In this document: in pieces, positions 62,901 to 64,000 of the stretch
How the letters are laid out: every line of letters begins with the position of its first letter
Position numbering within the stretch: position 1 is the first letter of the stretch
Assembly (NCBI RefSeq): GCF_964355755.1
Contig: NC_092678.1
Span: 7,952,422-8,016,421, forward strand
Length of the DNA: 64,000 nt
Direction of reading: 5' to 3'
DNA from: Antedon mediterranea
Taxonomy: Eukaryota; Animalia; Echinodermata
Position numbers and translations under genes: made by a program
Notes under the pieces: generated by a model
Told to the model about the DNA's origin: nothing
Database searches by the model: none
Seen by the model: only the letters and a program-made list of their open reading frames with translations

Positions 62901-63644
62901 GTGTTTCCAATGCTGTCAAACCATCAAATGCATTTTCTGATAATGTACTTATTTGGTTATAGCTTAAATCCCTTAAAAGTAAAAAGAATGCACAGTATAA
63001 GTAAATCACAATATCAAAGCTGTTTTAAAATTATTACATTACTTTATGTGGTAAACATATTTTAAATTATTATTTCTAATTCTGCACCAAATGTTATACA
63101 GATTCACTTTCAATTGTTATATTTTACAACAATAAATAATTCAATCATAGTAGATACATTTAAAAAAAATGTTGACTTTAAAGTTCTTTTTACTGTAAAT
63201 AATTAAATTATGGAATCATAATGTACATGTTAGTCCATTATTACAATTGAACCTACAATGCATGTACTCTATTGCATAAACATTTTAATGTCAAAATATA
63301 AAATAATTATATAGTTATATTTTAATAATTTTTATTCTCACAAGACAAAATTAATACATAAGCAAAGCAGAAAAAATGAAGTTCTTTCATGTTGGATGAA
63401 CTAAAAACTAGTGATTCATAAAGATATTTTTTATAAGATCACAAATTGTGAAATTATAGAATAATTTTAATCCATTATCATTGTTTAACCAACAATGTAA
63501 AATAATTTGTAATTTAATTTCTAAATTTAAACCAAATGGGTAAAAGTAAGCAAACATAAGAAATACACTTACAGTGTTGTCAATGCTGTCAAACCAGCAA
63601 ATGCATTGGCTGGTAATGTACTTATTTGGTTATTGCTCAAATAC
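37936..63644 (-). CDS. GRL101: LRR-containing G-protein-coupled receptor (GRL101/RXFP-like type C LGR), 5'-incomplete gene model with >=16 exons
   Basis: One 7TM exon plus 15 in-frame phase-2 LRR exons of 72/75 bp, all with GT-AG sites and no stops. The N-terminus (signal peptide, possible LDLa repeats) is not in the window. The symbol is a family-level call, not established orthology. Confidence 0.8.
39240..39311 (-). CDS. GPCR LRR exon (KLRGNKLKVYRDRTFQQFTGLKEL)
   Basis: 72 bp, ag|...|gtaagt, phase 2-2. Confidence 0.85.
39957..40031 (-). CDS. GPCR LRR exon (NLDNNSITTIDPEAFSFVVSSLSIL)
   Basis: 75 bp, cag|...|gtaagt, phase 2-2. Confidence 0.85.
40314..40385 (-). CDS. GPCR LRR exon (RLNGHKISTLPANAFNGLTALTTL)
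   Basis: 72 bp, aag|...|gtaagt. Confidence 0.88.
40736..40807 (-). CDS. GPCR LRR exon (RLEGNQIHTLEANAFSGLKSLTEL)
   Basis: 72 bp, aag|...|gtgagt. Confidence 0.88.
41240..41311 (-). CDS. GPCR LRR exon (RLDGNQISTLPASAFNGLSALTDL)
   Basis: 72 bp, tag|...|gtgagt. Confidence 0.88.
41635..43839. mobile_element. Unclassified DNA-transposon-like insertion in the 5' LTR
   Basis: Left end has repeated ggcgac motifs (41660-41740). Right end has inverted gtcgcc/gtcacc motifs and a ~43-bp tandem repeat (43590-43835). The right terminus is apparently lost. Confidence 0.5.
41860..43200 (-). mobile_element. 3' fragment of an L1/Tx1-clade LINE
   Basis: ORF 42128-43009 has LWGN, W..SGI..I.D and the C-terminal zinc-binding motif KLAQFNYKMLHRILPTN..L..W......CDKCGEIENENHLFFSC. 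Boundaries are approximate. Confidence 0.85.
43840..45849 (+). CDS. LINE ORF2 remainder (reverse transcriptase), open but lacking the endonuclease
   Basis: Motifs KPWIT, RPISIT, QFG, DFRKAFD, GVPQGTKLGP, KYVDD, EYACPEWH and LESIQKRA. Confidence 0.85.
   Translation: MGCNVIKSFRPFSESACNRFGQWITSQDWHEILETDDLDEKVNIFESTLCLAYERCFPKRRIKVHSNDKPWITPKIKGLCKERQISFHKYGKMSRHFRTLRNQVIWEIKQAKIKYYKYEVNNLQNTNAKQWFQKVNQICGTNKKKSVLNLETEETDPLKICQLINSYLANICQKIEPLQTNSLPSYLPCGYAPTLNFWQVYHQLQKINCNKSVAPGDLPPRVIKEFAFEIASPLVDIYNASLSQGIVPRKWKEATITPLPKVKRQVNLNQIRPISITPIFVRMLEHFVSSWIKPKIAPKLDEMQFGNRTGASKSHYLTSMLHYLLQGLDKPGHEATVIAVDFRKAFDLIDHTIAVKKLIDIGVQPELMPWICDFLSERKQRVKLNGGFSNWQGITCGVPQGTKLGPLIFQVMVNNSLRDFPNRWKYVDDLSICEVHKKTPPNVQDQLNELSQWTKDNNMIINIEKTNFMNISFAKSQPIVKSFTINNIKITNVECLKLLGVQITNDLKWNMHIHDVVNRASKRLHMLTCLKRFGMPCNHLRQMYISHIRPVTEYACPEWHSALTIAQSMELESIQKRACRIILGQKYASYDQAIKLLNLKFLDQRREDILLDFAKNLNKIVPNALPKLRGETCGRILRNAKKQSEIYGNTKRFNNSCFPALCRLINKPK
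43840..46082 (+). mobile_element. 5'-truncated CR1/L2-group LINE
   Basis: Contains the 669-aa RT ORF. The 3' UTR ends aataaaagca(gaat)n, after which the LTR sequence resumes. Confidence 0.92.
46081..47051 (+). repeat. 5' LTR, main part
   Basis: Near-identical to 52353-53233 apart from an ~85-bp indel. Confidence 0.92.
47084..52139 (+). pseudogene. BEL/Pao gag-pol polyprotein, disrupted
   Basis: Gag LPVFSGD..EY..F, three Cys/His knuckles, protease LDSGAN, YLPHHAI, RT ADISKMY/YMDD, RNase H FCDASE with an internal deletion, integrase H..GH..C..C, SDNGTQF and WKRW. Broken by stops and frameshifts near 47785, 49375, 50300, 51245 and 51950. Confidence 0.92.
52192..53233 (+). repeat. 3' LTR
   Basis: Runs tgtttcg...cctcgcca and follows the polypurine tract. 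Confidence 0.92.
53473..53544 (-). CDS. Array LRR exon (FFYSNQISTLPANAFAGLTALETL)
   Basis: 72 bp, ttttaag|...|gtaagt. Confidence 0.85.
54391..54462 (-). CDS. Array LRR exon (SLYRNQISTLPANAFAGLTALKGL)
   Basis: 72 bp, GT-AG. Confidence 0.85.
55275..55346 (-). CDS. Array LRR exon (SLYSNQISTLPANVFAGLTALETL)
   Basis: 72 bp, GT-AG. Confidence 0.85.
56737..56808 (-). CDS. Array LRR exon (YLYSNQISTLPANAFAGLTALETL)
   Basis: 72 bp, GT-AG. Confidence 0.85.
57612..57683 (-). CDS. Array LRR exon (SLYSNQISTLPANVFAGLTALETL)
   Basis: 72 bp, GT-AG. Confidence 0.85.
59074..59145 (-). CDS. Array LRR exon (YLYSNQISTLPANAFAGLTALETL)
   Basis: 72 bp, GT-AG. Confidence 0.85.
59949..60020 (-). CDS. Array LRR exon (SLYSNQISTLPANVFAGLTALETL)
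   Basis: 72 bp, GT-AG. Confidence 0.85.
60850..60921 (-). CDS. Array LRR exon (DLSWNQISTLPANAFAGLTALETL)
   Basis: 72 bp, GT-AG. Confidence 0.85.
61266..62635 (+). mobile_element. Helentron-associated non-autonomous element (HINE-like) in an array intron
   Basis: 5' ggttatccgc-acttg-gcggataacc hairpin, 3' subTIR gcggataacc (62592-601), palindrome gaactcgtca-aag-tgatgagttc and terminal ctagtt. It is inserted at TT; the empty site aaaataatt|atata is in the paralogous intron at ~63300. Confidence 0.88.
62900..62971 (-). CDS. Array LRR exon (DLSYNQISTLSENAFDGLTALETL)
   Basis: 72 bp, GT-AG. Confidence 0.85.
63573..63644 (-). CDS. Array LRR exon (YLSNNQISTLPANAFAGLTALTTL)
   Basis: 72 bp, GT-AG. 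Confidence 0.85.
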
Positions 63645-64000
63645 CTTAAAAGTAACAAGAATGCACAGTATAAGTATAATCACAATATCCAAGCTGTTTT
63701 TAAATTATTTTAGTTTTTCTGTCACCTCAAATGTTGAAATGTCTACATTCCTGTACATTATACAGTAGTTATACTGCATGTACTCTATTGTATGTACTTT
63801 AGTGATGTCAAAATATACTATGTTAAAATAAAAATGTATATTTTAATGTATATTTTATTAAAAAAGAATGTCTACAACAAATTAAAATTGTTTGTTACCA
63901 ACCAACCAACCAACCATATAATAAATGTATTATCTAATATGTAATACAGATTCAGTTTCAATTGTTATATGTTACAAAAATATATACTTCAATCATGGTG

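Larger units (their letters stand above)
53234..64000. repeat. Tandem array of LRR exon+intron units (~0.7-1.5 kb), including a 2337-bp higher-order repeat
   Basis: Intron sequence is repeated around each exon. Exon starts 55275/57612/59949 and 56737/59074 are spaced by 2337 bp. Confidence 0.95.

Noticed and set aside
59950-63768. Plus-strand ORFs over the LRR array (59950, 63574) and minus-strand ORFs 53188 and 60679
   Set aside because: They are antisense or out-of-frame read-throughs of the exon+intron repeat. The real frame is the spliced 72-bp LRR.

Overview
AT-rich, intron-containing animal genomic DNA (invertebrate metazoan by inference; species cannot be determined here), mostly nested transposable elements and tandem repeats. 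Two host loci face each other tail to tail. (1) A 4-exon SAT2-like GNAT acetyltransferase on + (34285-36280) has intact splice sites but two in-frame stops, so it is a probable pseudogene. (2) The 3' part of an LRR-containing GPCR (GRL101/RXFP-type LGR) on - has one hinge+7TM exon (37936-38959) and at least 15 single-LRR exons (39240-63644), and probably continues past the window end. Ten LRR exons lie in a young tandem exon+intron array (53.2-64 kb) with near-identical introns and a 2337-bp higher-order repeat. Almost all exon differences are amino-acid changing and cluster on the predicted ligand-binding beta-strand. This VLR-like modular receptor ectodomain is the most interesting signal in the window. 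Mobile elements: two CR1/L2-group LINEs, an L1/Tx1 fragment, a decayed BEL/Pao LTR element in the GPCR intron, non-autonomous Helitrons, Helentron/HINE-like elements, two Academ-like TIR elements, a Crypton-like element, several MITEs, tRNA-derived SINEs and a 5S-rRNA-derived SINE. Several insertions can be checked against empty sites elsewhere in the window. All coordinates were counted by eye and may be off by a few bases.
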